From assembly GCF_902713615.1 (NCBI RefSeq), contig NC_052156.1:41648776-41712775 (forward strand): a stretch of DNA of 64,000 nucleotides. Direction: 5' to 3'. Below the pieces are notes generated by a model. The model was not told where the DNA came from. It saw only the letters and a list, made by a program, of their open reading frames with translations, and searched no databases. A program made the position numbers and the translations under genes. This DNA comes from Scyliorhinus canicula (lineage: Eukaryota). Positions 1-11,499 of the stretch are shown here, piece by piece; the stretch's first letter is position 1; every line of letters begins with the position of its first letter.

Positions 1-95
1 GCCGTTTGGGGCCCTTAAAAGAGCCCACAAGTCCTATTAAAGCTGGAGCTGCCGAAAGTGCGGCTTAGCTCCGCATAGCCGCAACCGGAAGTCCC
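1..95 (-). mobile_element. 5' end of an L1-clade LINE (continues left of window)
   Basis: Reverse complement resembles the 5' UTR start of the full-length L1 at 22851 (gaacttccggt...gccgcac...gagctc...aggactt...gctctttt). Confidence 0.75.
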
Positions 96-1354
96 GCAGT
101 CTTCAGACTTGTTGATCAAGAAAGCACACATACGATTGTGAACCATTTAGCCTTTCTTCTCTGGCCTTTTAAAAGTTGTGCTGAGTGCTCCAACTGACAA
201 GTGAAAACCTATGTTGTTCAATCGTTCCACTTCATTGCGCAGGAGTCATTTGATCCTTCTACCCTGTGAGATCACTGATTAAATAGAATTCAATTACACT
301 CCATGTATGATTTAATTATATTGAATAATATCATGCACCCAGGCAGCAGAAAGTCTTCCCACTTCTACGGAATGGAAAAGATCTTGTGCAGTTTATGTGG
401 GTTGCATTTCCCTCAAATATGAATTTACTGTTACCATGTCCACATGGTGCAACGTGCAGAACCTGTTTACCAGGACTGATGAAATCACCAAAATCAATGT
501 TATTATCTGCAGTGTCATAAATAACTAATGGAATCATTTCCTGGGTGTTCAGGAGGAAACTGATTGATACCATCTGTTGTGTATCATTGTTGAAGTTAAA
601 TTTTACCCAATACAAGTTAGCTTCAATGGTCAGGGTATAAAATGAGCAGTAGTTCCAATAGTACTTGTTTTACAGCATCGGTGAAGGCTAAAATGACTCC
701 CCTTCTGTACTTCACTTGATTTTTGAGGTTATAGTAATTGACAAAGCCATATATTCATATCACTGTCATAGTTGTAAGGGCCCTTCCTGTTGATACCCTT
801 ATTTCCCATTTCTTTTACATTGCCATTATCATTTTGATCCATGGATATTTAATGGACATATACCTTTATAAGTCAAGTAGAGGAAGTGAGGAACTCAGAA
901 CTTGCAAAATAGTATACTGTGCTTTTGGCGATTTAGCTTTTGAACAGCAGAATGCAGACTTTCTGGCACCCGAGAGATCAGATGGATTCCGTTCGATTGG
1001 TTGGCTGGTGGCCAATGAATTGGCCAAAGGCTGTATTCTGCCTGATGACAGCCGGTGATTGGGTCCTCCCTGTGTGGGATGGTTTTCAGAGAACCCAGGA
1101 AGGGACAGTTGGGTCCTGGATGCAGAGAGAAGAAGCTGTGAGCTCTCTCCTTCTCCAGAAATGCTGTGTGCCTGCTGTTTTCTGAACCAGAGACCTGGAT
1201 GAATCTAAAATGAAAACCATTACACACTGAAAGCAAAAACCTGCAACTGAAGGTCTAGACTGAAGAAAGGTGTACTGGAAGGCATCCATCTAAAAAGAGA
1301 CTTTTATACTTTTTACTTATTATGTTTCTTTACACCCCTCTTCCCCTCTGTGTT

Positions 1355-3310
1355 TGTCAACAGGAGATGTAGACAGTCAATAGATGAGAGGCGGGTTTGT
1401 GTGATGGACTGGGCTGTGTTCACAACTCTCTGTAGTTTCTTACGGTCTTGGGCCGAGCAGTTCCATACAAGACTGTGATAGCCAGATAGGATGCTTTCTA
1501 TGGTGCAGCTGTAAAAATTGGTGAGAGTCAATGTGGACATGCCGAATTTCCATAGTTTCCCGAGGAAGCTGTTGTGCTTTCTTGGTCGTAGTGTCGATGT
1601 GGGTGGTCCAGGACAGATTGTTGGTGATGTGCACACCTAAGAATTTGAAGCTGGCAACCATTTCCACCTCAGCACCACTGATGCAGACAGTGGTGTGTAC
1701 GATCCTTCGCTTCCTGAAGTCAATGAATAACCAGCTCTTTGGTTTTGTTGATGTTGAGGGGAAGATTGCTGTCACTACACCACGCCACGAGATTCTCTAT
1801 CTCCCTCCTGTACTCTTGACTCATTGTTGTTCGAGATCTGACCCACTACGGTCGTGTCATCAACAAGCTTGCGGATGGAGTTGGAGCCAGATTTTGCAAC
1901 ACAGTCGTGTGTATAGGGAGTATAGTAGGGGGCCAAATACGCAGCCTTGCAGGGCCCTGGTACCGAAGAGGAGGTGTTGTTTATCCTTACCGATTGTGGT
2001 CTATGGGTCAGCAGGTCGAGAATCCAGTTGCAGAGGGAGGAGCCAAATCCTAGGTTTTGGAGGATTGATATGAGCTTGGCTGGGATTATGTGTTTAATAA
2101 GAGTCTGACATAGGAGTCCCTGTTGCTGGTTAGGGACTTGGCGTGAAAGGTCTGGAGGGAGTTCCCTAGGTTGCTGGGATACACCCTGCTGGAGTGACTG
2201 CTGCTCCCGGATGTGGAAGGGGAGGGAAGAATTGGGGATATATACAAGTGGCTGGGGGAGCAGGGAGGCGAGCGGGTGGTGAAGATCAAGGAGAAATGGG
2301 AAGCGGAGTTGGTAGGGGAGATCAATTGGGGAGCATGGAGTGAGGCACTGCGTAGGGTAAACGGGACCTCCTCATGTGCAAGAAATTGCGAGGAAGAAGC
2401 TGTTTTTTAATCTGTTAGTACATGTTCTCAGATTTCTGTATTTTCTGCTCGATGGAATGATACAGTTTAAGGTGGCGCACAGGGTGCATATGACTCGGGC
2501 GGGAATGAGTGGGGGTAGCAGTTGAGCGTGAGAGGTGTGGGCGGGGGCCAGCGAACCACACGCCCATGTTTTGGGGTTGCGAAAAATTGGGAAGATTCTG
2601 GGCAGGAGTGTTCGCAGTCTTAGCCAGGATAGTGGAGGACCCGGACCCTTTGGTGGCAATATTTGGGGTTTCAGAGAAGCCGGGGCTCATGGAGAGGAGG
2701 AAGGCCGATGTTTTGGCCTTCGCCTCTCTGATTGCACGGCGGCGAATTTTGCTGGAGTGCCGGTCGGCATCACCACCGGGGCTAGCGGCTTGGGTGGGTG
2801 ACCTGTACGACTTCCTGCAATTAGAGAAGATAAAGTATGAGTTAAGGGGCTCTTCAGGGGGGGGTTTGAGGAAAGGTGGGGGATGTTTGTGGCCGTGTTT
2901 GAGGGACTGTTCATCGCAGGGGAGGGGGGGGTGAAAAGGAGGAATAATCTGTACAGACTGTATAGTTGATTGTTGGGAAGCATGTTTCCGGGATGTTTGT
3001 TTGCTGTAACCTGTTTGATACATGTTTGTAATAAAATACATTTGAAAAAAAGGAGTCCCTGTTGCCGAGATGCTCCAGGGATGAGTGTAGGGCCAAAGAG
3101 ATAGTGTCGTTTGTGGACCGGCTGTGGTGGTATGCAAATAGCAATGAATCAAGGCATTCTGTGAGTATGGAGTTGATGTGTCTCATGACCAACCTCTCGA
3201 AGCACTTCATAATGATAGATGTCAAGGCCACAGGACGGTAGTCATTGAGGCACGATGCCAGGTTCTTCTTTGGCACCGGTATGACGATGGTCTTCTTGAA
3301 GCAGGTGGCG
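1355..3310 (-). mobile_element. Rex1/Babar-like LINE RT fragment, interrupted by an L1 fragment
   Basis: ORF pieces [56 protein letters not shown]. Confidence 0.8.
2127..3050 (+). mobile_element. 5'-truncated L1 (ORF2 C-terminus, 3' UTR, polyA)
   Basis: C-terminal CxxC..H motif (CGRGPANHTPMFWGC), AFASLIARRRILL; A tail; 15-bp TSD AGGAGTCCCTGTTGC at 2112-2126 and 3051-3065. Confidence 0.88.
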
Positions 3311-3594
3311 GGTGGGCACACATAATTGAGGGGTTCTATTCTTATCCATCTAACTGTAACTAGAATATCATATGCAATAACTTCATTTCCTACTCCTGCA
3401 CTGTTGGTGTCCCCCAAAGATCTATCTTTAGTCCCTTCTATTTTCCAGATACATGCTGCCCCTTGGGAACATCAGCCAAAAGCACAGTGTTAGTTTTCAC
3501 ACGTATGCTGGTGACACCCAGCTCTACTTCATCACCTCCCTCAATCCCTCTGTTGTTGCTAAATTATCAAACTACTTGTCAACACCTTGTATTA

Positions 3595-3828
3595 AGGGCA
3601 GCATGGTGGCGCAGTGGGTTAGCACTGCGGCCTCACGGCACCGAGGTTCCCCGTTCGATCCCGGTTCTGGGTCACTGTCCATGTGGAGTTTGCACATTCT
3701 ACCCGTGTTTGCTTGGGTTTCACCCCCACAACCCAAAGATGTGCAGGGTAGGTGGATTGGCCATGCTAAAATGCCCCTTAATTGGAAAAAACTATAATTG
3801 GCTACTCTAAATTTATTTTAAAAAACAC
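3595..3828 (+). mobile_element. HE1-type tRNA-derived SINE
   Basis: gggcagcatggtggcgcagtgg A box, gttcgatccc B box, conserved core; 12-bp TSD CACCTTGTATTA. Confidence 0.9.
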
Positions 3829-4531
3829 CACCTTGTATTAGGCAAGCTGAAATGCCCTCCAATTAACTATTGGGAAGAATAAAACTATTATATTTGCTTT
3901 CTGCTATAAACTCTGTTCTCTAGCTATCAATAATGTCCCTCTATCTGGCAACTGCCTGAGGCTTAATCAAACTGTGTGTCTAATTTAACCCTGAAACAAG
4001 CTTCCAGCCACAAATACTTGGCATTACTAAAACTGTCTGTGTTGTTCCTCGTGTCTTAATAAAGCTCGTAGTCTCAAAGTTGGAGAAGATGCTTTATTGT
4101 GAATTTGTTCTCTCTTCAGAGCTTAACTTACGGCTACCTCAAATGCTGCCTGCTTGTGTCTGTGTCCGGCTTTCAGTTCTGCCTTCCGTGAAGTGTGTCG
4201 TCACTTCCTGTCCCTGTGTATATATAGCTTTCCCGTGCTCCCTCTAGTGCTTGCTCAGTTGTATTGCATTTACTCAGATCTACGATCACCACATCCCCCT
4301 TTTTTCTTTACATATTTTCTGTACATCGTTAAAGAAAATTGTACAAAACAGTTACTTATGATATGTGTATCTATACAAGTGATGGTGTTATTGCATATTT
4401 TACAAAGCCAATTTATATTTATGAGTCCACTCAATAAAAACATTTATGAGTCCAAACTTGATGAATTTGTTCACTGAGTTTTCTCTTTTGTTGTTGTTGA
4501 CGTGGTGAATGTTGTCGGTGTTCCTGTTATT

Positions 4532-6118
4532 TTAAGTAACCAATGCGTCATCCCGAGGTGTTTGCATGGTCGAACCACTGATGTTGACTGACATGGACTT
4601 TTTTTTGTGCTTGTGGTGTCGATTTATTATGTCATCCGCCTTGAAAGCTGGTGTGCTTGCTTGTTCTGGAGCAGATGTGAGTTTGTGCAATTCGTTGTCA
4701 TCCCATGGCATGTTTGTAGTCTTGTCATTGTTTTGCAGTGTGCTGTGGCATTGTCCTTCATGTGCAGAGTTGTACCATTTTGTACAAGTCGTTGTTTCAT
4801 TGCTGTTGTTTCTGTCGTTCCTGTCTTTGTTTTCATTGCCGTTCTTTTCGTTTCTGTCTTTGTTGTTGTCGCTATCTTTGTTATGCTTCTTGTTGGTTTT
4901 GTTGTTCTTCTTGTAGTTTTTGTCGTTGTGCTTGTAGTTTTTGTTGGTGCTGTTGTTCTTGTTTCTGCGGTGCTTCTTTTGGCTTTTGTTTTTCTTGTTA
5001 TGCTCAATGAGTGTCCCGTGTGGATAATTTGAGTCATTGAACGTTTCGTCTCGAGAATGGTGAGAATGATCTGACGTTGCATCGATGCTGGTGACATCAG
5101 TCATTTGTGGAGGATTTGATTCCTCGTCTTTGCTTTCTTGGTGCTTCTCTTCTGGAGTCAAATTCTTCACGATTTCAATTGACGTGGTCTCTCTGGACTC
5201 TTGGTGCTCCTCTTCTGGAGCCAAAATCTGCATGGTTTCTGTTGATGTTGTCTCACTGGACTCTTGGTGCTCCTCCTCTGGAGTCAAAATCTGCATGGTT
5301 TCTATTGGCGTTGTCTCTCTGGACTCTTGGGTGGCCCGACTCTGTGCTTCTGTACAGACAAGCTGAGAACTGTCAGTCTCGCTGTGATCCTGTATGTCGA
5401 GTGTGATCACCTTGTCACTGTTTTCGCATGCAGTGGGTAGATGTACATTGTCTTTTTCTTGTTTGTGTGAGCTTGGTAGACTTTCATAGTCTGCTTGCGG
5501 TTGCTCAGATACGGCGGGTTGACCTTCATGGTCTTGTTCATGCATGGTGTTCGCCAGGGAGTGTTTGCTTGCTTCCCTTTTGGAGTATTTCATCACTCTC
5601 ACTGTGGAGCCTGTCATTGCGCTCTCTGTGGAGTCTTTCTGTGCTCTCTGTGTGGCATAGTCTTCATCTTGGGTATTGCTGTCATCCAATGTATCGACGA
5701 TATGCCACGGCACCATGGTGTTGAATTCATCTACCACGAGTAGATTTGTGTTGAGCTTTGCGACCGTGTCCCTGATGCTGTGATCAGCATATCCGAATAA
5801 CTCAGCCATGTCTGAGTAGTATTCTTCGAAAACCAAATCATCTTGGTTGGATTCATCTACCACGAGTAGATTCGTGTTGAGCTTTGCGACCGTGTCGCTG
5901 ATGCTGTGATCAGCATATCCGAATAACTCAGCCGTGTCTGAGTAGTAATCTTCGAAAAACAAATCATCTTTTGTTGTTTTTGATTTATTTTTGTTCTCTT
6001 CACTTTGGGTGCTGCAGACTGCTTTTTTCCAGGGTGTTGTGCGAGTTGTTTTTAACTGCTGGTTTAAGTTCAGGCATTTTTTTTGTCTTCTGAGGCAATA
6101 ACGTTTGGTTTTACCACT
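4532..6118 (-). CDS. Long low-complexity, repeat-containing ORF inside the LTR element (probably a frameshifted Gag extension)
   Basis: Frame is open from 6118 to 4532; 42-aa duplication (FEDYYSD..), 3x21-aa acidic repeat (QESRETT..PEEEH), N/K-rich tract; no PR/RT/IN motifs. Confidence 0.5.
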   Translation of the reverse strand, partial: SGKTKRYCLRRQKKCLNLNQQLKTTRTTPWKKAVCSTQSEENKNKSKTTKDDLFFEDYYSDTAELFGYADHSISDTVAKLNTNLLVVDESNQDDLVFEEYYSDMAELFGYADHSIRDTVAKLNTNLLVVDEFNTMVPWHIVDTLDDSNTQDEDYATQRAQKDSTESAMTGSTVRVMKYSKREASKHSLANTMHEQDHEGQPAVSEQPQADYESLPSSHKQEKDNVHLPTACENSDKVITLDIQDHSETDSSQLVCTEAQSRATQESRETTPIETMQILTPEEEHQESSETTSTETMQILAPEEEHQESRETTSIEIVKNLTPEEKHQESKDEESNPPQMTDVTSIDATSDHSHHSRDETFNDSNYPHGTLIEHNKKNKSQKKHRRNKNNSTNKNYKHNDKNYKKNNKTNKKHNKDSDNNKDRNEKNGNENKDRNDRNNSNETTTCTKWYNSAHEGQCHSTLQNNDKTTNMPWDDNELHKLTSAPEQASTPAFKADDIINRHHKHKKKSMSVNISGSTMQTPRDDALVT

Positions 6119-6267
6119 TTAACTATCTTGTTTTCAATTTTCGGGCATTTCCCTTTTAAGTAGGCGTGGTCCGGATGTTCAGACGTCATGACGCTCATGA
6201 CGTCATGCGTAGGAATCAATTGCGCATGCGCAAATCGGCCTTCCTTTACTGTGCGGTTTTGTGTCTG

Positions 6268-6990
6268 TTACGCATGCGCGGCTTGCGCATGCGCAGAACG
6301 ATCAGCAACACAAACTTTTTTAAACTGCGCATGCGCAAGCAGAACGCAAAACGGGTGATTGTAACTGCGCATGCGCGGCTTCCGTTTCCTGCCATGCACA
6401 GACGCAGTTTGTAGTTCTTTGTGCCCCAGAGACAGTAAAATGTGGTCGGACGGCATTTTACCGCGGATTTCAGCGTTTTTTCTTTCTGAAAGTTGTAAGT
6501 TACCTTTTCCTTTCGATCTGGACTGGATTTCAGCGTTTTGGCTTTGGGAAAAATTCAAGTTATTTCTTCTTTTTGATCTGTACTTTTCACTCGCGATTTC
6601 TTGTTCTTTTAGTGATTGTTTAAGTTTTGCATCACTCAGTCTCTGTGCAGTTTGGCCTCTGAGCATACCGTGCTGTTCAAATTCCTTACAGTACTCTTCA
6701 AATTTGTTTAGTATTGTTTGTAAGCTGTTGCTGTCTTCATCTTTTGAGTATTTAAATCCATTATATACTTTCCTAGCTTCATGTCCTGCGATGAGCATTG
6801 CTATTTTAATTTTGTCTGATGCTGCTGCTACATCATTAGCTATGATATAAAAATCGAACATTTGTTTAAACATTTTCCAGACATTTCTTACATTGCCAGT
6901 CGTGTCCAGCTGAGGTGGGTATTCAAGCCACATCCTCGAATCAGCGATGTCTTCCCAAGTCCAATGTCCAGTAGGAGATTTCCATGCCAT
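6268..6990 (-). CDS. Gag N-terminal (capsid-like) ORF of the LTR element
   Basis: WKMFKQMFDFYIIA..KIAMLI.GHEARKVYNGF..ILNKFEEYC, the typical Gypsy Gag N-terminal pattern; starts just after the PBS. Confidence 0.75.
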   Translation of the reverse strand: MAWKSPTGHWTWEDIADSRMWLEYPPQLDTTGNVRNVWKMFKQMFDFYIIANDVAAASDKIKIAMLIAGHEARKVYNGFKYSKDEDSNSLQTILNKFEEYCKEFEQHGMLRGQTAQRLSDAKLKQSLKEQEIASEKYRSKRRNNLNFSQSQNAEIQSRSKGKGNLQLSERKNAEIRGKMPSDHILLSLGHKELQTASVHGRKRKPRMRSYNHPFCVLLAHAQFKKVCVADRSAHAQAAHA

Positions 6991-7402
6991 TTTGTTCTTT
7001 CTGTGTCTGCAGCTGAGTTGTCCTGTAGTAAGCGTCTGAAGCTAATCCTGGTACCATGTGTTGTTCCTCGTGTCTTAATAAAGCTCGTAGTCTCAAAGTT
7101 GGAGAAGATGCTTTATTGTGAATTTGTTCTCTCTTCAGAGCTTAACTTACGGCTACCTCAAATGCTGCCTGCTTGTGTCTGTGTCCTGCTTTCAGTTCTG
7201 CCTTCTGTGAAGTGTGTCATCACTTCCTGTCCCTGTGTATATATAGCTCTCCCGTGCTCCCTCTAGTGCTTGCTCAGTTGTATTGCATCTACTCAGATCT
7301 ACGATCACCACACTGTCCACACCCACCTCCATATAATTTTGCTGCTTCAATTCTGCTTCAGCTCAGCTGCTGTTGAAGCGCTCATCCATGCCTTTGTTAC
7401 CT

Positions 7403-8520
7403 TAAGAACAAAGAAGAATACAGCACAGGAACAGGCCCTTCAGCCCTCCAAGCCTGCGCCGATCACGTGTCCTATCGAGACCAACTGCCTGTATCCTTCT
7501 ATACCCCATATGTTCATGTGCCTATCGAGATAGGTCTTAAAGGTCACTTACATATCTGCCTCGACCACCTCACTTAGAAGTGCATTCCAGACCACCACCA
7601 CCCTCCGAATGAAAAACTTCCCCCGCACATACACTGAACCTTTCCACCCTCACCTTGAACTTGTGTCCCCTTGTAATTGTCATTTCTGCCCTGGGAAAAA
7701 GCCTCCAACTGTTCACCCTATGTGTATCGCTAAGAATTTTATAAACTTCTATCAGGTCGCCCCTCAGCCTCCTCGGGAGAACAATCCCAGTTTATTCAAT
7801 CTCTCCTCATAGCTAATACTCTACATACCAGGCAACATCCTGGTAACCTTTTCTGTACTCGCTCCAAAGCCTCCACGTCCTTCTGGTAGTGCGGTGACCA
7901 GAATTGGACACAGTATTCCAAATGTGGCCTAACCAACGTTCTATATAACTGTAACATAATTTTAGAGCTTGTATACTTGATATCCCGTCCTACGAAGGCA
8001 AGCATGCCATATGCTTTATTTACCACCATTTCCACATGTGCTGCCACTTTTAAGAATCTGTGGACCTGCATACTCAATCTCTGTATCTCTATGCTACTGA
8101 TGGTTCTGGTATTTATTTTATAGCTCCCACCTGAATTAGACCTACCAAAATGCATCACCTCGCATTTGTCTCGGTTAAATTCCATCTGCCATTTATCTGC
8201 CCAATTTTGCAGCCTATCTATATCCTGTTGTATTCTCTGATAATCCTCATCACTATCCGCAAACTTGCTAATCAGACACCTACGTTTTCTTCCAAGTCAT
8301 TTATATATATTACAGAAGAATATTACATTATATTAGAGCAGAAGTCCCAGTACTGATCCCTGCGGACCACCACTAGTTACAGACCTCCATTCGGAAAAAC
8401 ATCCTTCAACTGCTACTCTCTGTCTTCTATGGCCAAGCCAGTTCTGGATCCATCCAGCTAGTTCATCCCTGACCCCATGTGATCTAATCTTTTGCACCAG
8501 CCTGCCACGAGGGACCTCAT
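7403..8520 (-). mobile_element. CR1/HER1 LINE 3' fragment
   Basis: FNRDKCEVMHFG, LYRTLVRPHLEYCVQFWSP, LERVQKR; CR1-type 3' tail. Confidence 0.88.
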
Positions 8521-9438
8521 CAAATTACTATTCTAACATACCCATGACTGGTCTCCCACATTCTACCCTTTATAAACTTCAGGTGATCCGAAACCCTGGT
8601 ACACGTCCTTGTATGCAGCAAATCCCCGTCACCTATTGCACTTGTGTTTGGTGATCTACTCTGGTTCCTGTTGAGCAATGCCTGATCTTGGCTTGCAAGT
8701 CCTTGCATGTCTCATATTTGTAATCTCCTCCAGCCCCTCAATACTCAGAGGTACCTGTACTTTTCCAATTCCTGCTTTTTGACTGTTACCAATTTTCATT
8801 GCTCCACATTGATAGCAATTTCTTCAGCTGCCTCGGCTCTAAGCTCTGGAATTCCCTCTATCCCTCTACCTCGCTTTCCTTCCTTAAGACGCTCCTTAAC
8901 ACCTATCTCCTTTGCCAAGCTATTGGCCATCCACCTTACTATCACCTTGCATGGATCGGCGTCAAAATGATTCTTGCTGGGAAGCATCTTGGGATCTTTA
9001 TCATCTTAAAGGTGCTATATAAATACAAGTTGTTGTTATCAATTTCAGAAAGATCCATTTAAAGTTTTTTTTTAAATCAGTTAACAGACTCATCCACTAC
9101 TGGAAATATTTATCACTTCCCTACTTTCGCTATGCACATTGAAGATAAAAATAACAAAGTTTAAACAAATGCATACACCAGGGAAAGGACTTTTCGCAAC
9201 ATCCTGCGACGGTGAAATCAAAATTGTCGATATGTCGACAGTAATCCTGGGGTGTATGAACTGCAAGAACATGATCTCCTTCGCACTTTGGAAAGAGGGA
9301 AGCAGAGCGCCACTTGTAACTTGGTCTCAGACCCGATTGATGCTCCTCCACACTCGACCCTTTCATCAACCGGGATTCACGGTGGATCGAACCCGCCTCG
9401 AAACTGCGCGAAGGCTGCACGCTTGCCGAGTGACTTAC

Positions 9439-9570
9439 ATTGACTGCCGGCCGGCCTGTTCAATCTCTGTCCGCCGCTGATCCCCGGCTGCGGCCGCCGT
9501 TACCGCCCCTGCAAACAACCTGGTTACCATGGAGACGGTATTTCCGGCCCGGCCGAGCTGCTTCCGGTCT
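9439..9570 (-). promoter_or_regulatory. CpG-rich promoter and probable first (non-coding) exon of a minus-strand gene, with RFX X-box
   Basis: X-box GTTACCATGGAGAC at 9523-9536; ETS-like TTCCGG motifs at ~9542 and ~9562; minus-strand donor GTAAGT at 9438-9433; unique CpG-rich island among repeats. Confidence 0.6.
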
Positions 9571-10082
9571 GGCTGAATTCTGGGCGACGACTGGGCCACA
9601 CCCGTTATTAACCTGGCACCCCCTCCTCTCCCAGCTACATCGCCGGTTTATAAATAGGGTTCATTATTGTGCTCAGCTGCCCATCATTTCTTACTTTACG
9701 TACTTTTTTCGCTGGTCTTTCCGCATCCCATTCAAGTTAACAGTCAGGAAGTCAACAGCTTGGTGGCACAACTTGGATGAATGTTGTTGTAAGGATGTAT
9801 GTTGTCTTATGAAGACGGGCTTGGATGGTTGAACAATTACCATTTATTAATAACACGTAACTCTATACATATATGCGGGCTAATCCTGGTGCTATCTTCC
9901 AGAATATTTCTCACAGGCTCACGAATAGGCTAATACACCAATCTAGACTCACCATCATAATATGGGCAGCCCTGTCTCCTTCGTCCCAAATTCACCCTTA
10001 CAACTACAGTCACGGAAATTTACAATTGTGTTCATTTTTTATAAGTGCAAATCTAATGTAAAAACATTTTCCCCATGGAAGG

Positions 10083-10390
10083 GAGGCATGGTAGCACAGT
10101 GGTTAGCAAGTTGCTTCACGGCTCCAGGGTCCCAGGTTTGATTCCCGGCTTGGGTCACTGCCTGTGCGGATTCCCGTGTCTGCGTGGTTTTCCTCCGGTT
10201 TCCTTCCACAGTCCAAAGATGTGCAGGTTAGGTGGAGTGGCTTTGCTAAATTGCCCTTAGTGTCCAAAAAGGTACGGTGGGGTTACTGGGTTACAGGGAT
10301 AGGCTGTAGTTGAGGGCCTGGGTAGGGTGCTCTTTCCAGGGGCCGGTGCAGACTTGATGGGTCGAATGGCCTCCTGCACTGTAAATTCTG
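10083..10390 (+). mobile_element. HE1 SINE
   Basis: ggcatggtagcacagtggttagc head, HER1-derived tail. Confidence 0.85.
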
Positions 10391-11499
10391 TTTTTAAAAA
10401 AAGGCAAATGCAGCTGTTCAAAAATTGACTTCAATCTTCCCAATGTGTAGCTAGGGGAAGTTTCTGCTTTCCATCATTAAGTGGACAGTATGGAATGGTC
10501 AAAGGATGTGATGATATGGTAGATCTGCGTGTCGTCAACATACAACAGAGACTGACTTGTCCCATAGTGCAATGGAATCTGAATCATTTAATGGTCAAGA
10601 AGATAGATACATTTCTGATTTGAAAAATGGGTTAAAGGGATATCGGGAACAGGCAGGGAGGTGGATTTGAGACCAAGAGGAGATCAGCCATGATATAATT
10701 GAATGGTGGAGCATGCTCAAAGGGCTAATTGTCTACTTCTGTTCCTAATTCCTTTGTTCCTATGTTTTCGGATAATTTCAATGAGGATAGCATGTAGGTG
10801 AGAATCAGCAGGAGGCCAAGGATAAATCCTTCTGGAACATCAAAGATCATGAAGCAGGAATGTGCCAAGCCACTTCAGATGATTCACGCCCATTGACAGC
10901 ATAAAGGTGGAACCAGACAAATGCAATCCGCCCAGCTGGATGATAAGAGAGCTGTTGAAAGGGAATTGTGTGATCAAGTATACCAAAGCTACAGACAGGT
11001 CAAGAAATAGTGGAAGAGCTTACCGTTATCATTTCTGACTGATAAGAGTCTTTTTGGTATTGTGGCCAAGCAGAAATTGGTTTGGAGGGATTCAAACATG
11101 GAGTTCTGGGAAAGATGGGCATACATTTGGAAGTTGACATATTTAAGGACTTTGGAGAGAAAGGGGTTTGGTGATGCAGCAGTACTTTGTAAGGAAGGTG
11201 TTGTCAAGAATTGTTCCTATAAATGAAAGAGTGATGACAGCAGATTTTGAAGGAGAGACAGTAACGTAGCAAAATGCATCAGCAAATTTGTGCAGAGCAA
11301 TAAATGAAACTATTTTGGTTTAAGTGGCACTGGTTTAAAACAATGGTTCTTGGAACACTTTCCCCACAGACTAATTTGGCAGTGTAAAAGACCCTGCAGA
11401 CTACACTGCTGGTCGTATCTCACTTAACAGCACCAAAAACCCATCGGAATTAATGTTGCTGCTTTTGATGGTCTTCAAATAAGGTGATGTCTTTGAAGC

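Larger units (their letters stand above)
4038..7312 (-). mobile_element. Non-autonomous (pol-less) Ty3/Gypsy-type LTR retrotransposon
   Basis: 256-bp LTRs at 4038-4293 and 7057-7312 (TG..CA, ~5 mismatches); 5-bp TSD CTGTC; PBS TGGTACCAGGA (7046-7056, resembles tRNA-Leu UAA 3' end); PPT A7G5A next to 4294. Confidence 0.93.
3385..9035 (+). mobile_element. Old L2 LINE 3' half, split by a SINE, an LTR element and a CR1 (pieces ~3385-4037, 7313-7402, ~8530-9035)
   Basis: GVPQ-like and YAGDTQLY (YADDTQLY) motifs; EALIHAFVT; L2-type 3' tail (ggtgctatataaatacaagttgttgtt). Confidence 0.7.

Noticed and set aside
134-1290. Short ORFs (331-615, 738-1058, 895-1236) and a possible AG..GT exon at ~134-263 as DNAH12 or viral coding sequence
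   Set aside because: No recognisable protein similarity or motif; the splice-like sites could be chance.
3595-3700. tRNA genes suggested by A/B boxes
   Set aside because: These are SINE heads followed by SINE core, tail and TSDs; they are not complete cloverleaves.
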